A DNA stretch of 64,000 nt from Macrostomum lignano (lineage: Eukaryota): NCBI GenBank assembly GCA_002269645.1, contig NIVC01000197.1, positions 124,001-188,000 of the forward strand, read 5' to 3'. The position numbers and the translations under genes are program-made. The notes below the pieces were generated by a model, which was not told where the DNA came from, searched no databases, and saw nothing but the letters and a program-made list of their open reading frames with translations. Shown in pieces: positions 1-12,615 of this stretch (position 1 is the stretch's first letter; every line of letters begins with the position of its first letter).

Positions 1-91
1 TTCAAATTTAAACAGAAAACGAAAAATAGTTATTATATTATCTTATAGTTCCAATTAAGAATAAGTAAAAATTCTTTGGTTAATTAAAAGG

Positions 92-1907
92 TTGGCTGTC
101 TTTGTGGCTAACCCAGCAATTGCTAAGCTGGAGCCAACTTGGCAGCATCATCATAGCAGCAGCTGCCCACTAATAGGCATTGGCAATCCCCTATTGGACT
201 TGACTGTTCACGTCCAGCCTGATGTTTTGCAACAATACAAACTTGAAGAGAATAGCCAGTGTTTGGCTGGACAGCATCATGACAGTCTGTTCGATGCTAT
301 CATCAGTGGCCAGTTGGGCTCTTGTGTTCGGCTGCCTGGTGGAGCCACTATGAATTCTATTCGGGTGGCCCAGTGGCTGCTAAGTGAGTGATACAGTGCT
401 TATACATGAAAATTTAAAATTGCACCTCAAAAATAGACTCGAGGACTCGAGGTACGAAACTACACCTTGATTTTTTGATACAATGTACATCAGATTGTCT
501 GTGTAGAAGTATCAACTTCCGCTGCCTTTAAAAAGTTTGATATAACTTAGCTAGATTGGTGAGTGGGCTTGTCTCAGGTTTGGTTTCAACCTTCAGGTAA
601 TGGCGACAGCAGATCCTCAGCCACTGGATTCCTTGGCGCAGTTGGCACTGACGAAGCCGGCCAGTTGCTGTTCGATCTAGCTGGGCGAGCCGGCCTCCAG
701 GCCCGATTAGAGCGAGTGTCCAGCAAGCCAACTGGCATCTGCGCCGCGCTCATCACTGGCCAGAATCGGACCCTGGTGACTCGGCTGGGCGCTGCGCTGC
801 ATTTCAGCGACGCCCATCTGGCTAGCGAGCCGTGCCAGTCGCTGGTTAATCAAGCTCGGATGCTTTACATTGGCGGATTCTTTTTCTCGTCTAATCCTGG
901 CGCTATTGCTCGATTAGTGAAACTGGAGGGGCCGTTGATTGCTATGAATTTGCACGCCACTTTTCTGTGCGAAAATTTTGCCAATCCTGAGGTGAGTATG
1001 GTATAGTTGCAGATTAGTATATACTCGTATATACTTGCTTAAATACGAGTACCATGGGTATTTCCTGTTGTTATTGCCAGCAAGCTAATAGTAGAATAAA
1101 ACCCTAAGCCAGGGAATTTCTAGAGAGGTCTTGAGATTTATTATCTAGGCTGGGATCTAGAGATTGAGGATCTGGGCATGACTGACATCTAGAGATTGAG
1201 GATCTGGGCATGGCTGACATCTAGAGATTGAGGATCTGGGTATGGCTGACATCTAGAGATTTAGGATCTGGGCATGGCTGACATCTAGAGATTGAGGATC
1301 TGGGCATGGCTGACATCTAGAGATTGAGGATCTGGGATTGGCTGAGATCTAGAGATTGAGCATCTGGACTTGGCTGACATCTAGAGATATTGAATCGAAC
1401 CATCGGCAGCTGCTCTCTCGTATCGACCTGCTGTTCGGCAACGAGCGCGAAGCCCTGACTCTGGCGCGTCATCTTGCCGACTGCGGCGACGCAGAATTAG
1501 CCAAACTACCGCTGGACTGCGGCCAGAAGAACTCAATGATAAGTGACGATCTGCTTCTTCAACTGGCCGGCATCATTGTTGGCCGTCTGCGTCAAAGCCG
1601 TCGGCCGCGGGTGGTGTTCACCCACGGCGCCAAGCCGCTGGCCTTTGCCGCTGGCGGCAGCGGCGGCCCCGTCGGCCACCCGGTGCCGACAGTTGAACCA
1701 GCTCGAGTCCGCGACACCAACGGCTGCGGCGACGCTTTCGTTGGCGGCTTTCTAGCCGGCGCTGTCCAACAACTGTCCGATCCTGCCTGCGTCCGGCTCG
1801 GCCAGTACGCGGCCGAAGTTGTGATTGAGCAGGACGGCTGCAGCCTGCCAGATTGGGAGCCGCGACCGCCGCCGTCGTCTCAGCTGGACTTGCCGTTGGG
1901 TAGCTGA
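92..1907 (+). CDS. ADK: Adenosine kinase-like (PfkB family), 3 visible exons (~92-383, 597-991, ~1410-1907); start codon not identified
   Basis: Motifs LIGIGNPLLD, PGGATMNSIRVAQWLL, GAVGTDEAG, TGICAALITGQNRTLVTRLGAA, IDLLFGNEREA and PfkB signature DTNGCGDAFVGGFL. Donors gtgagt at 384 and 992; the acceptor ending at 596 matches phase 1. The third acceptor (ag ending 1409) is inferred from phase only. No in-frame ATG precedes the GNPLLD motif in exon 1. Confidence 0.88.
1155..1386. repeat. 32-bp tandem repeat (~7 copies) in ADK intron 2
   Basis: Unit atctagagattgaggatctgggcatggctgac at 1155, 1187, etc. Confidence 0.95.
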
Positions 1908-2444
1908 GTTACGAGCGTACGAGGCACGAGCGGAGTAACTTTAATAGCTCGTATATGTGCTGCAGAAACCCCAGCTTTTGAATTGCATGCCGACCTCGTC
2001 TCTCCATTGATCAATATAGTTTACTGTTTAGGTTTAGCGGTAGTATTTACTGTAGCATTCTTAGTCTGTATTGGCTTCCATTTCTTTCAATCTCTTCTGT
2101 TTTTGCAATTGCATGCAGACTGACAGATTTTTGCTTCTGTTCAGCTATTGCCCTACGTCCACGTGTTGCTAACTCGGGATGCTGTAGTGTCTTATCCTAT
2201 TTATTACAGCTGCTTAGTCTTTAATTACGCGCGCTTCAAGCTAGTCAATTATAATTAGCTCATTTTTCAAATTATGTAGGCAATTAACCTTTATATATTT
2301 ATTTATATGTAGCTACAATCCAAAACATGTTAAGCTCCTATTTATCCTTATTTTCCTATTTATCATGAGCCTATGATCGTATGCAATACTATGTTATTAG
2401 GCACACTGGTACAACTAAATATTTCCAGATCAATAGTTAATATG

Positions 2445-3048
2445 CATCTAGTAGCCAATATGCATAGTCTGGTAGTCAATATGCATAGTCTGGTAGTCAA
2501 TATGCATAGTCTGGAAGTCCATATGCATAGTCTGGTAGTCAATGTGAAATGTGAATAGTCTGGTAGTCAATATGGATAGTCTGGTAGTCAATATGCATAG
2601 TCTGGTAGTAAATATTCATAGTCTGGTAGTCACAATGCAGTCTGGTGGTCACTATGCATAGTCTGGTAGTCATTATGCAGTCAATATGAATAGTCATTGT
2701 GAATAGTCTGGTAGTCAATCTGCATAGTCTGGTAGTCAATATGCATAGTCGGGTAGTCACTATGCAGTCTGGTGGTCACTATGCAGTCTGGTGGTCACTA
2801 TGCATAGTCTGGTAGTCATTATGCAGTCAATGACTTCACAATGAATAGTCATTGTGAATAGTCTGGTAGTCAATGTGCATAGTCTGGTAGTCAATATGCA
2901 TAGTCGGGTAGTCAATATGCAGTCTGGTAGTCACTATGCAGTCTGGTGGTCATTATGCATAGTCTGGTAGCCAATATGCATAGTCTGGTAGTCAATGTGC
3001 ATAGTCTGGTAGTCAATATGCATAGTCTGGCAGTCAATATGCATAGTC
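2445..3048. repeat. ~21-bp degenerate tandem repeat
   Basis: Unit atatgcatagtctggtagtca with short indel variants. Confidence 0.93.
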
Positions 3049-3944
3049 TTGCAGCTAATGCTATTTTAGCTAATGGATGGATACTGTCTGAACACTCCCT
3101 GGATGTTTTTATTACCCAGTTGGATTCACCTGCAAGTACTGGCAGACGATGAGACAGCATGGGAACACACCGAATGAAGTTTGGCATGTAATGCTGGAAG
3201 TAAGAAAAGGAATTGGACTATTTAGTGGTAGAAAAACTTCATGCGCGCTTTGATGGCTATGTATCAATAAATATAAAGGAGAGAAGACTTCATGATTGAG
3301 TTGGAGTCATGGAGTGTTTGTGAGTGTATTTGAGCTTTTTGCCGTCACAAATTCGGTATAGGAATGTCTAAAAGGCGATGCCTCAAAAATTGACTCCAAA
3401 TTCAAAAAGCAACCCAGCTAGTAGCCAGAAAACTGCACTGGCAGTCACGCAGTTCAGCATTCATCGGAAAGTGTGGGTTGATAGTAGCTGATTGACAATA
3501 AGCTCGCTAGAGCTCAGGTATTATAGCTTATTGGTGGCCTTTATTCATAATTAATTAGTCGCTAGGAAGTAAAATTTATTTGTCTCTAAAGCCAAGCGGC
3601 TTAAATAGGAATATTTTTAAAGTTGGTAATGCTAAACAATACTCGTGGAATTGGATAATTATACTACTGGATAAAAAGCTTAGCGTAGTATTGAATTTGA
3701 ACCTGACGCCTGGTGGGCTGTATGAATAAATTGAGCATTTGGTCAGACTCGCAGAAAATCTAAATGCAGCATGAATACTTCTGAGCAACAGACTCAGATG
3801 CTAAGGCTGACACAAACTTTCAGGGTCTGTATATGAATAAACTCAGGCCATACAAAAACTTTGCTAAGCTGAAACGCACAAAATATTGAGGCCAGCCAGT
3901 GTCTATGCTCTTATTTTGCTTGATTTGGGTAGCACGCACATGGA

Positions 3945-4195
3945 CCGCTTACAAAGCTGAGCTACCAGGGAAAGCAGCAATAAGGATCCTACATCTAAGA
4001 AAAACTTCGCATTACTTTGCACAGCTTTCCCAGTGACGCCAGCAACGCCCAGAAGTGGATCACAGTTTTAGATGATCCCGACGTCAAACCTCAACTGTTA
4101 CGAGCTAGACATGGTCCTCTGGTCTGGTCAGACAGAGAAACAAACCGAATGCCGGATTAGAAAGAATGCTTTACCATCCGTCCCTTCCAGTCTTC
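3945..4195 (+). pseudogene. Degenerate THAP zinc-finger fragment (DNA transposon relic)
   Basis: Manual translation from ~4013: TLHSFPSDASNAQKWITVLDDPDV, then RIRKNALPSV in another frame. These match THAP LHxFP...W and RLxxxAVP motifs; the C2CH ligands appear lost. Confidence 0.6.
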
Positions 4196-4725
4196 CCGGC
4201 CGAAACTTCTTTGCATGTGTTTACCATTACATTCGTGTACGGGCTGCTGTTCAGATTCTGTAAGTGACTTCGCACTTGCCCTGCCACGGGAAGCCTGCAA
4301 GCGCACAATCAATCAATCGACTGCGTCGCAAGTTGCAATTTCGGACCAAAGCAGAAGTCTGCTCGACAGCAATATGCAATATACTCTATGCGTTAGACTC
4401 CATGGCTTTTGCTTATATTCACTCAGTGGGCCATCTAGTGAAGGTATAGGATCTATGGCTTAGACTAAGATTCCTAACTGTATAGTGCCTTTCACAGATC
4501 CTCCGATAGAGGATCTGAGGGTTGCTCAGTCTCATAGATTAAGCTATCTTAGAACTAGAAAGTTACCGCTCGCTCATTTTATTCATACGGCCTATGATGT
4601 CTTCCAGCTTCCACTTGATACTTTGCATTTGATAACTTGCATACGTCGTATGTAAGATTTCATTAAATAAGTACATCAACTCGTATATTGAGTTGAGTAG
4701 AATGGTTCCCATTGCAGCCAATCCT

Positions 4726-7700
4726 TCAGATTGCAGTCTCTCGATTTTCACAGACCGCATTCGCCCGTCTTTCTGACAGCCGCCCAGGGAACAGCGGCAG
4801 GTGGCGGCTGTAGAATCTGTGGAAGGCGGTCGATTCGTAGCAGTCCACCTGCCAGCGAAGCTCTGCCTCAGTTTGGCAACTTCCTGGTGTGACGCTATCA
4901 GCTCCTTCCGCTTCAGCTTCAAGCCCGCGCTCTTTGCGAGTCCCTGCAGTGGATGATGAGCGGAAGAGCAAAGTTGTGATTCTGTCACTATGCTGGTTTA
5001 GGCTTTTGCAGCAAGCTTCTCGGAATGCAAGCTGTACTCGTACTTTCCTTGAAATGAATTTTAATTGCAGCATTGCAGGGTAACAGGCTCTTGTTAACCC
5101 TCTTAGTATTAAATGTTACGTCAAATTTGGCCTTCCATATTTTTCAATCCAAAGCAGCAGTCTCGATTACACTGGAAAAAGGCATGAAACTTATTTAATT
5201 AACCTGGACTTTGATAAAGTCTGACCTGGAAGACACGAATCGAGCAGCAAAGCTGTGCCTGTGCCTACAAGCATCTCGTTGCTTAGCAAATCTTGCGCGA
5301 TGCCCATTGCAATAGCTTGCGCTGAATCTGTAATTGTTTGTTTCAGGATTTTCTAAGATTGCATTCGTAATTCCTGGCCTGGAGTCGAATGCGCACAGTA
5401 TGAAAACTCACCGCTCATTGAGGTGGCATCGCGGTGACGGCTCGCTTTGATCTGCAGCGGCACAACCACGCCAAGGAAGACACTGAAGCCGAACACGAAC
5501 GCGTTCCTCGGTCGGTCCATCCGGACGCTACTGAGGCTGCCCGCTGCGACGCCGCAGATGATGCCGATGGTTGCCAGCAACACGCCGCCGTAATCGGGTC
5601 CGGGACGCATACGAACAGCGCACTGAGCTTCGGGAACAAACCGAAGATAACCATAATCGCTGAGGTCGCGTGCATGACTCTCCGGCTCGCCACCTTCGTC
5701 ATGCTGATGGCGGCGATGTTGTTGCTGTAGGAGGTCGGGCCCACCGGCAAGCCGAAGAGACCGCTTAAGAAGCAGCCGAAGCCCTCGGCAGCAATTCCTG
5801 AGACAGGAAGTACAGTTTTTCTGTCAAAATTTCAGTCAGCGTTTTGCCTCAGTCCCTTTGCAGCATGCTTCTTTATTAATCTTTGTCAATCTAATAATTA
5901 AAGTTCCATTTGTGAGTCAATTAAGTAGTTTTCAGTTTCTTTCTGGCTATGCGTCTAAGGATTAAGGTTGCTATTTACCCTAGATACTACTGAATCTAGT
6001 AGCAAGTGTAGAATGTTACGCACCGCGATTCATCGGGAAGCCGACAGGCCTGGGAGAGCCGCAGAACTTGGCGCAGGTCACGTAGTCACCGATGCTCTCC
6101 ATGATGGACACGAGGATGGCGCAACCGACCGCCACCACGCCCGGCCCGTTCACCGACAGGCTGCCGAACTGCAGCGGGTGCGGCACGCGGAACCAGCCGG
6201 CGTTGAGCACGGCGGAAGACTTGATGTCGGTGCGAGCGCCGTAGCCCCAGGCCTCCGGGCTGCTCGGCAGGACATTTGTCACGGTGAGCAGGTGGCACAG
6301 CGCGTACATGATGGCCATGGATAGTAGAATCTTGATCATTTTGTACATGTTTGACAGGGTTTTCCAAGTATTATTAAAAATGATCGAAGTATCCAATATA
6401 TAGACTAGGAATATAGATTAGGAAGGACATTAGCTACAGACCTCCCCGCAGTAATTCTACCGTGACTTTGACAATGAAATCAAAATGAAACCATAAGCAA
6501 TGATTCGAACCAGTAGAGAGATCAGGACCAAAACGACCTTAATCGATAACGAAGAGAAATCATTATCCCTTCCTTAAGCTGTCATGTTCGGAGTCTGTTC
6601 ATTGCAGAGCCTTAAGTTGACATCTTCTTTTGTGAGTTGAGCTTGCAAAATGGTTTAATATGTAAGTTTGAGGTAGCATGCATTACTCACTGGCAGGGTT
6701 GAGAACGCCGCAAATCTTGTGACGAGCGGTTTCCGATTACGAATGGAGAAGTAAGGGATCGGAATTTTGACTCGGTCGAGCACATAGGTAAACACTATGA
6801 TCAGAATGCAACATCTGAAAAATGTTAAACAAGGCAGAAGTAACACACAGTACTCCTTTCGAGACATGCTCGGAAAAAAAGTTACACAAATTTCTCACAC
6901 GATCGATATGTAGAACTGCGGCGCACACAGGTTCAGAACGGCGCCCATGACACTGAAGCCGATGAGAAAAATTGTTGGCGCCACGACTAGAGGACTGACG
7001 AATCGAAGCAGGTGACTCATCACTCCGGTGCTGCCGATGAGAAGCTGAACGATGGAGCCGGCTGCGATGGTTCCGGCCACTTGTCCGACTCGTCTGTGCC
7101 AGATCTTCTCGCCCGGCTGCGAGAAAGCCAACGTGCCGTTGTGATGCAGGGTCGCATTGTCTGGAGGAGTGGTGAGGGGTCGACGAGCACAACGCTGACA
7201 TTGACGTTGCTTCAGTCCGGCTATGCATTCCAACTGATCGTTCTATGCAACTATTAGGGTCGGTTCACATTACCGGGGTGTAATATTTCTCAAGTTAGTT
7301 TTAAAATACGTTTGAACCAACTGTATATTGATTTCAGCAATTTCCTACCTGGGGAGCTATTAGCGATAATGTAAGGCGGCCTATAGGGTCCGATCAGCCT
7401 ACCTAACAGCTTTAACTTAATTAATGCCTTCGTGTCTCAGTTATTCTTCGTTTGGGTCTGCCCTAGAAGACATTGACTTGTTGATTCTTAGCAGATATTG
7501 TCTTATCTTCTTGGGTTGCTGCGCAAGTACTTGCAAGAACGTGCAAGATCTTTGCTATAGTAATACTTAGGTAAACTTACCAGATCTGGGTGACTTGCTA
7601 CATCGTACAAGATCTTAGCTTTTATATCTTTTTATAGCTTCGAATCGCATATTTTCTTAAATTTATTGTCCAATTTGGTCATAAAATAAAATATAGTTCA

Positions 7701-8915
7701 GCTAGAACACTTTAGCCGAATGAATAACAAAAAATGTACCTCCCATCTTAAAAGATCCTGCAAGAACCGAGCAGATTGAGAAGATCTGTTAAGAATGGCA
7801 CAGAGACAAGATCTGCTAAGTTTGAGAAACAGAATGTCCTCTAGGGTGTGGCGTTTTGCTAGCCAACCAGTTATTGCGGATGCTGTACCGGAAAGTGGGT
7901 GAGATAAAATCTCGGATAGTAATCTGGAGTCGGAGGCAAGAACTACTCGTACTAAAGTAACGTAATATTTAGTGTCGCGTCCCGTATAATCTTGTAGTGG
8001 TCCTTGGTCGGAGGCTGCAGCTTCGAAGACCACTGGAAGAAAAAAAGGCTGCCAAGATCACAAGTGAATTTTGGTTGAAATGAGAACGTTTTGCAAATAC
8101 CCATTGCTGTTATTTGTGCTCCCCTGTAGAAAATATCCATCTAGCAAGCTGGGTTTTCACTTACTCTTATCCTTTCTCACCCTATAACTATCTCTACCGA
8201 AGTGCACCAACGCATTGTAACAAGTTTTATGTAGCTATCAAACGTGTGCTCAAATTTACGGGTCCTCAACTTAGATGCCACGTTCTGCATTCACAACTAC
8301 GCAAGCGCACGTCCTTGTCATTGGCCCATATAGAAGCACGAGAGTGTAGGGCCCAATGTGTTAAATTGGGTACTCAATCCAATGACAGGGAGAGCCTGCA
8401 GTTACCTTTGACCTGTAGGTCCGGGCACTCAAGACTGTCTCCAGCCATGATGCCGATTGCCACAGGGTAGAACACGATGCTCGGGCCCTGAGCGATGGGC
8501 AGTCTGGTGCCCAGGGTGCACTGCACAAACGTTGTGATGCCCATGACGAAGAAGCTGGAGGCGATGAGGTTTGACTTGTCCACCTCGTCCTGTACACAGG
8601 CGGCGTCGAACAGGATGATGACGCCGAATGCGCAGCCGCTGCTCATGATGACGAAGTGCTGGAAGCCCATGAGCAGCGTCAGGTACCAACTGGGCTTGTC
8701 GTTCAGTCCGTAGGTCAAGCGCAAAGCTGAGAAGAGCAAAAATGCAACAAAAAATGCAAGTTTTCAACTACTCGTACTTTCTTATCTTAAAAATGCATAT
8801 ATGCCTTACCGGAACCACTTCCCGAGTTAGCCTCGGTCTCCTTGACCTCGTCATCATGATTGTGGTCCTTGAGGGCCCCCAACTCGTTGACTTCCGCCTC
8901 CTTTTCGGCTGTCAT
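4726..8915 (-). CDS. SLC23A-like: SLC23/NAT-family nucleobase or ascorbate transporter, multi-exon, one apparent frameshift at ~5590
   Basis: Exons ~8915-8810 (MTAEKEAE...), 8726-~8406 (LTYGLNDKPSW...FQH...GTRLPIAQGPS), ~7230-6899, ~6812-6692, 6330-6024 (ARTD...WFRVPHP...ESIGDY...NRG), 5797-5412 (GIAAEGFG...TSYSNNIAAISMTKVASRRV, the NAT signature region), 5327-5226 (LLSNEMLVG...LDSCLPG), 4943-4726 (GTRKERGL...stop). Most junctions are phase-compatible GT-AG; the junctions around the third exon (possible small exon near 7350-7400) are uncertain. Confidence 0.9.
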
Positions 8916-10544
8916 TGTTGCTTTTCGACCAACAAAGTCTGCCGCGCTTGTTATTTCTGCAGCTGCGAGCCGTATACCGGTATATCTAGCTGTGAAAAAC
9001 TGTAGTCCAATGTAAAGTTGGAAGCAGCCAGGATTTTTTCCAGCTCAAAGTGAGTAGCGAATCAGGTGCTCCTCAGATTCTTTCAGCTGTCTCTATTGCA
9101 GGAAGTTGTAGCTATCTGGGAAGAGTGTACAAAGAGATATCTCCACAAATGCAGCTCCGTGGAACCAAAAAGCCAAAGAAACGCAATGTCGTCAATTAAG
9201 AAGCTCAACCTGTTAGTAATTCAGAAGAACGCAAAGCAAGCAGATCGAGCCATGCGGTTTCATTAAAATACTCTCGAAAGCAAATGTGGAAGCACTGTAC
9301 GAGCGTAGCTATAGCTATATAGATAAGATTAGGGAGAGGAACCGGCTTAGCATTCCAGTTGCAGTTGAGAAGAAATTATGTGAGCTATTGGCAGTAAAAT
9401 TAATTTATATGCATTCGGCTGGACCGCCACAAAATACCGTATATAAGAACTGACAACTCGATTAATTAGAACACGAGCGTTCAACAAAAGTACCAAGCAT
9501 TAATTGTAATGATTAGCTTTTAATTGATACTCTACAAACAGCAAAAATATCAGGGAAATACGCTAAGAAAAAAATATATGTCCAAGGAGGCGAGGAGTTT
9601 TCGTTTAAGTACGAGAGGTGTGGGCCCAATAACAGCTCATTTTCAACTCGGTCTATAGACTGGTTCTCAAACCTCTGTCATTGAGGCTCCAAATTACACT
9701 ATTAGGGTTATCCATAAATTATGCATAATTTTTTAAGTCTAGCAAAATTCGATTACGTTGAACGCGTAAAGCCTTTAACGCGTTCTCTATTAGCACCTCT
9801 GAAAGTTAAGCAGAGTTGGCCGTGGTTAGTACGCAGATAAACGGGTTGCTTTCATCGTCACCCCCTCAGGTTAGCTACTGTAATCTGAAAATAGTTATAC
9901 GTTATAGTCTAGACTGTTTTTTGAGGCTTGTAAACAAGACAAAAATTCGTACAAAGGAAAAATCCTTAAATTACGACTACCACCAATATTTATATTTAGT
10001 TGTTGATTTACTCATTTCAGATTTTTGCAGATAAAATATGTACTAATCATATTATTGCAGCCAATCAAACTATGAGTCACTTCTCAGCTGTCAGTTCTTA
10101 TCTCAACTGCAATGCCAGCGTTTACTCAGAATTTATGACACCCAAAGTAAGACGTCCAGTACTTCAGGGCCAGGAAATGACCAAATCTGTTATCAGAACT
10201 CACACTGGAAGCTTTTCAATGAACATGCCGCCACGAGCCGACTCAAAGTTGCTGATTAATCACACGGCAGGCTCAGCACGCAGGTCTTTAACACTATATT
10301 TTATTTGTTCAATAAAGAATACCTGGAATTGCTTGGCTTGGTCACAGAGCTACTCGAAATATTTTCTGTGGCATGCATTTTTCCAAGTATATATGGCAAA
10401 TACAAATTGTAATACTGTATTCTGTATTTCCAGGGAACTGTTACGTTTCATAAATTTCTGAAAAGTCAGCTACGTTTCTTTCCACGCCCTGCTTCCAAAT
10501 TTGACACGGAAAAATCCTTGTTTTCAAGTTCCAAAAGCCACATC

Positions 10545-11515
10545 CTGGTATCCGAATCCCCAAAGTCAGTCAAGCTGCATCCTGGTCTGAGAATACCCAA
10601 AGTTAGTCAAGCCACATCCTGGTCTCCAACTGCCCATAGTCAATCAAGCCACATCCTGGTCTCCGAACACCCAAATTCCATCAAGCTACATCCTGGTCTC
10701 CGAACACCCAAATTCCATCAAGCTACATCCTGGTCTCCGAACACCCAAATTCCATCAAGCTACATCCTGGTCTCCGAACACCCAAATTCCATCAAGCTAC
10801 ATCCTGGTCTCCGAACACCCAAATTCCATCAAGCTACATCCTGGTCTCCGAACACCCAAATTCCATCAAGCCACATCCTGGTCTCCGAACACCCAAATTC
10901 CATCAAGCTACATCCTGGTCTCCGAACACCCAAATTCCATCAAGCTACATCCTGGTCTCCGAACACCCAAATTCCATCAAGCTACATCCTGGTCTCCGAA
11001 CACCCAAATTCCATCAAGCTACATCCTGGTCTCCGAACACCCAAATTCCATCAAGCCACATCCTGGTCTCCGAACACCCAAATTCCATCAAGCTACATCC
11101 TGGTCTCCGAACACCCAAATTCCATCAAGCTACATCCTGGTCTCCGAACACCCAAATTCCATCAAGCTACATCCTGGTCTCCGAACACCCAAATTCCATC
11201 AAGCCACATCCTGGTCTCCGAACACCCAAATTCCATCAAGCTACATCCTGGTCTCCGAACACCCAAATTCCATCAAGCTACATCCTGGTCTCCGAACACC
11301 CAAATTCCATCAAGCTACATCCTGGTCTCCGAACACCCAAATTCCATCAAGCTACATCCTGGTCTCCGAACACCCAAATTCCATCAAGCCACATCCTGGT
11401 CTCCGAACACCCAAATTCCATCAAGCTACATCCTGGTCTCCGAACACCCAAATTCCATCAAGCTACATCCTGGTCTCCGAACACCCAAATTCCATCAAGC
11501 TACATCCTGGTCTCC
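10545..11515. repeat. 37-bp tandem array (~25 copies)
   Basis: Unit catcctggtctccgaacacccaaattccatcaagcta, near-perfect in the core; explains the spurious 390-aa ORF at 10518-11690. Confidence 0.97.
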
Positions 11516-12052
11516 AACTGCCCACGGTCCGCATTCGCCGGTCTCTCTGACAGCCGCCCAGGGAACAGCGGCAGGCGGTGCAGGATCGGCAGGTGGCGGC
11601 TGTAGAATCTGTGGAAGGCGGTCGATTCGTAGCAGTCCACCTGCCAGCGAAGCTCTGCCTCAGTTTGGCTTAATTTGGTGGCTCCCGTAGTGTCAGCGGC
11701 TTGCGATTGGACTTCTAAGCCGCGCTCTTTGCGAGTGCCTGGATTTAGAAAGTTTGATTGCTTTTACTATTGTTGTAATAGCAATTTTTAACCTTAAAAT
11801 TGGATGCAATTCGATTTCCACAATTGCACTAACGTTAGCGAACTATACAATAGATAGACTGTACAAAATAATTTTCTACAGACATTTATGCAAAAAATGC
11901 GTTCAAAGGCATCCAGCGTACACCTGGCAGCAGGAGGTCCAGTACTACAGCTGTGCCAGTCCCAACTAACATCTCATTACAGAGCAGATCCTGAATCTCC
12001 CGCGCACCCTTTCTAGAAACTACTTCTCGAACTTTACGGATTCCGGAATGTT
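11500..12052 (-). pseudogene. Orphan last two exons of a second SLC23 paralog
   Basis: Exon 12052-11924 (..QDLLCNEMLVGTGTAVVLDLLLPG) and exon 11738-11500 (GTRKERGL...QTEAELRWQVDCYESTAFHRFYSRHLP...ETRM*) are homologous to exons 5327-5226 and 4943-4726, with matching splice phases. No upstream exons were found. Confidence 0.8.
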
Positions 12053-12194
12053 CTATTAACACGAATATAAATATACAGCACCCTAACACGCAATTATTCA
12101 ACTCTCTCTTTCTTTTCCACACAGTAAACAATCAAAGCAAAAGCCAAAGCAAACGAACCACCGCGTTTTACGCCTCGATTATTTTCGCAATCTT

Positions 12195-12615
12195 ACAACG
12201 CAGACGAGCAAAAAGAGCCCCATAGACGTGGGACAATAAAACGATTTATTTCGAGTTGAACAAGCGGGCGGCAATAACCTTATAGACAAGCGGAGCGACT
12301 TGCAATCAGGATAAAAGAAGATAAAAATAAAAATCAACTCGCGCTAACAGACAAAGCGAGTCAAACACACGCGAGCAGCCTTTAAAACCAGAGTGGGGGT
12401 GGGTGCGCGCGGGGCAGAGAGACGGAGGCGGAGGGGCGCGACGGGGGGAGAGAGAGTACGCACGGAGTACAAAGCGGCCAGAACAGGGGGGAGAGCGCAA
12501 AGGAGCGGTGCACCTAACGGCCCGCCGCTAGCGGAGCCCATCCCACGCTAAAAATAGCCCGTTAACGGGACCCAGCCCACGGTGGGATGGGCTCCCTTAG
12601 CGGGGGCCAGCCCAC
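12195..12615. mobile_element. Non-coding relic sharing terminal/UTR motifs with the YR retrotransposon at 28-32 kb
   Basis: acgcagacgagcaaaaagagccc (~12197) also at ~28261; aaaatcaactcgcgc..aacaga and gagcgcaaaggagcggtgc also at ~31823-31860; ~12530-12615 is a reverse complement of ~28035-28120 at high identity. Confidence 0.65.

Noticed and set aside
7698-8033. 111-aa ORF inside an SLC23 intron
   Set aside because: No motif recognised and not phase- or homology-compatible with the transporter.
9655-9685. gactggttctcaaacct, resembling a Charlie MITE end
   Set aside because: Single degenerate end with no partner TIR or TSD.
10518-11690. 390-aa ORF
   Set aside because: Translation of the 37-bp array plus the antisense strand of an SLC23 exon.
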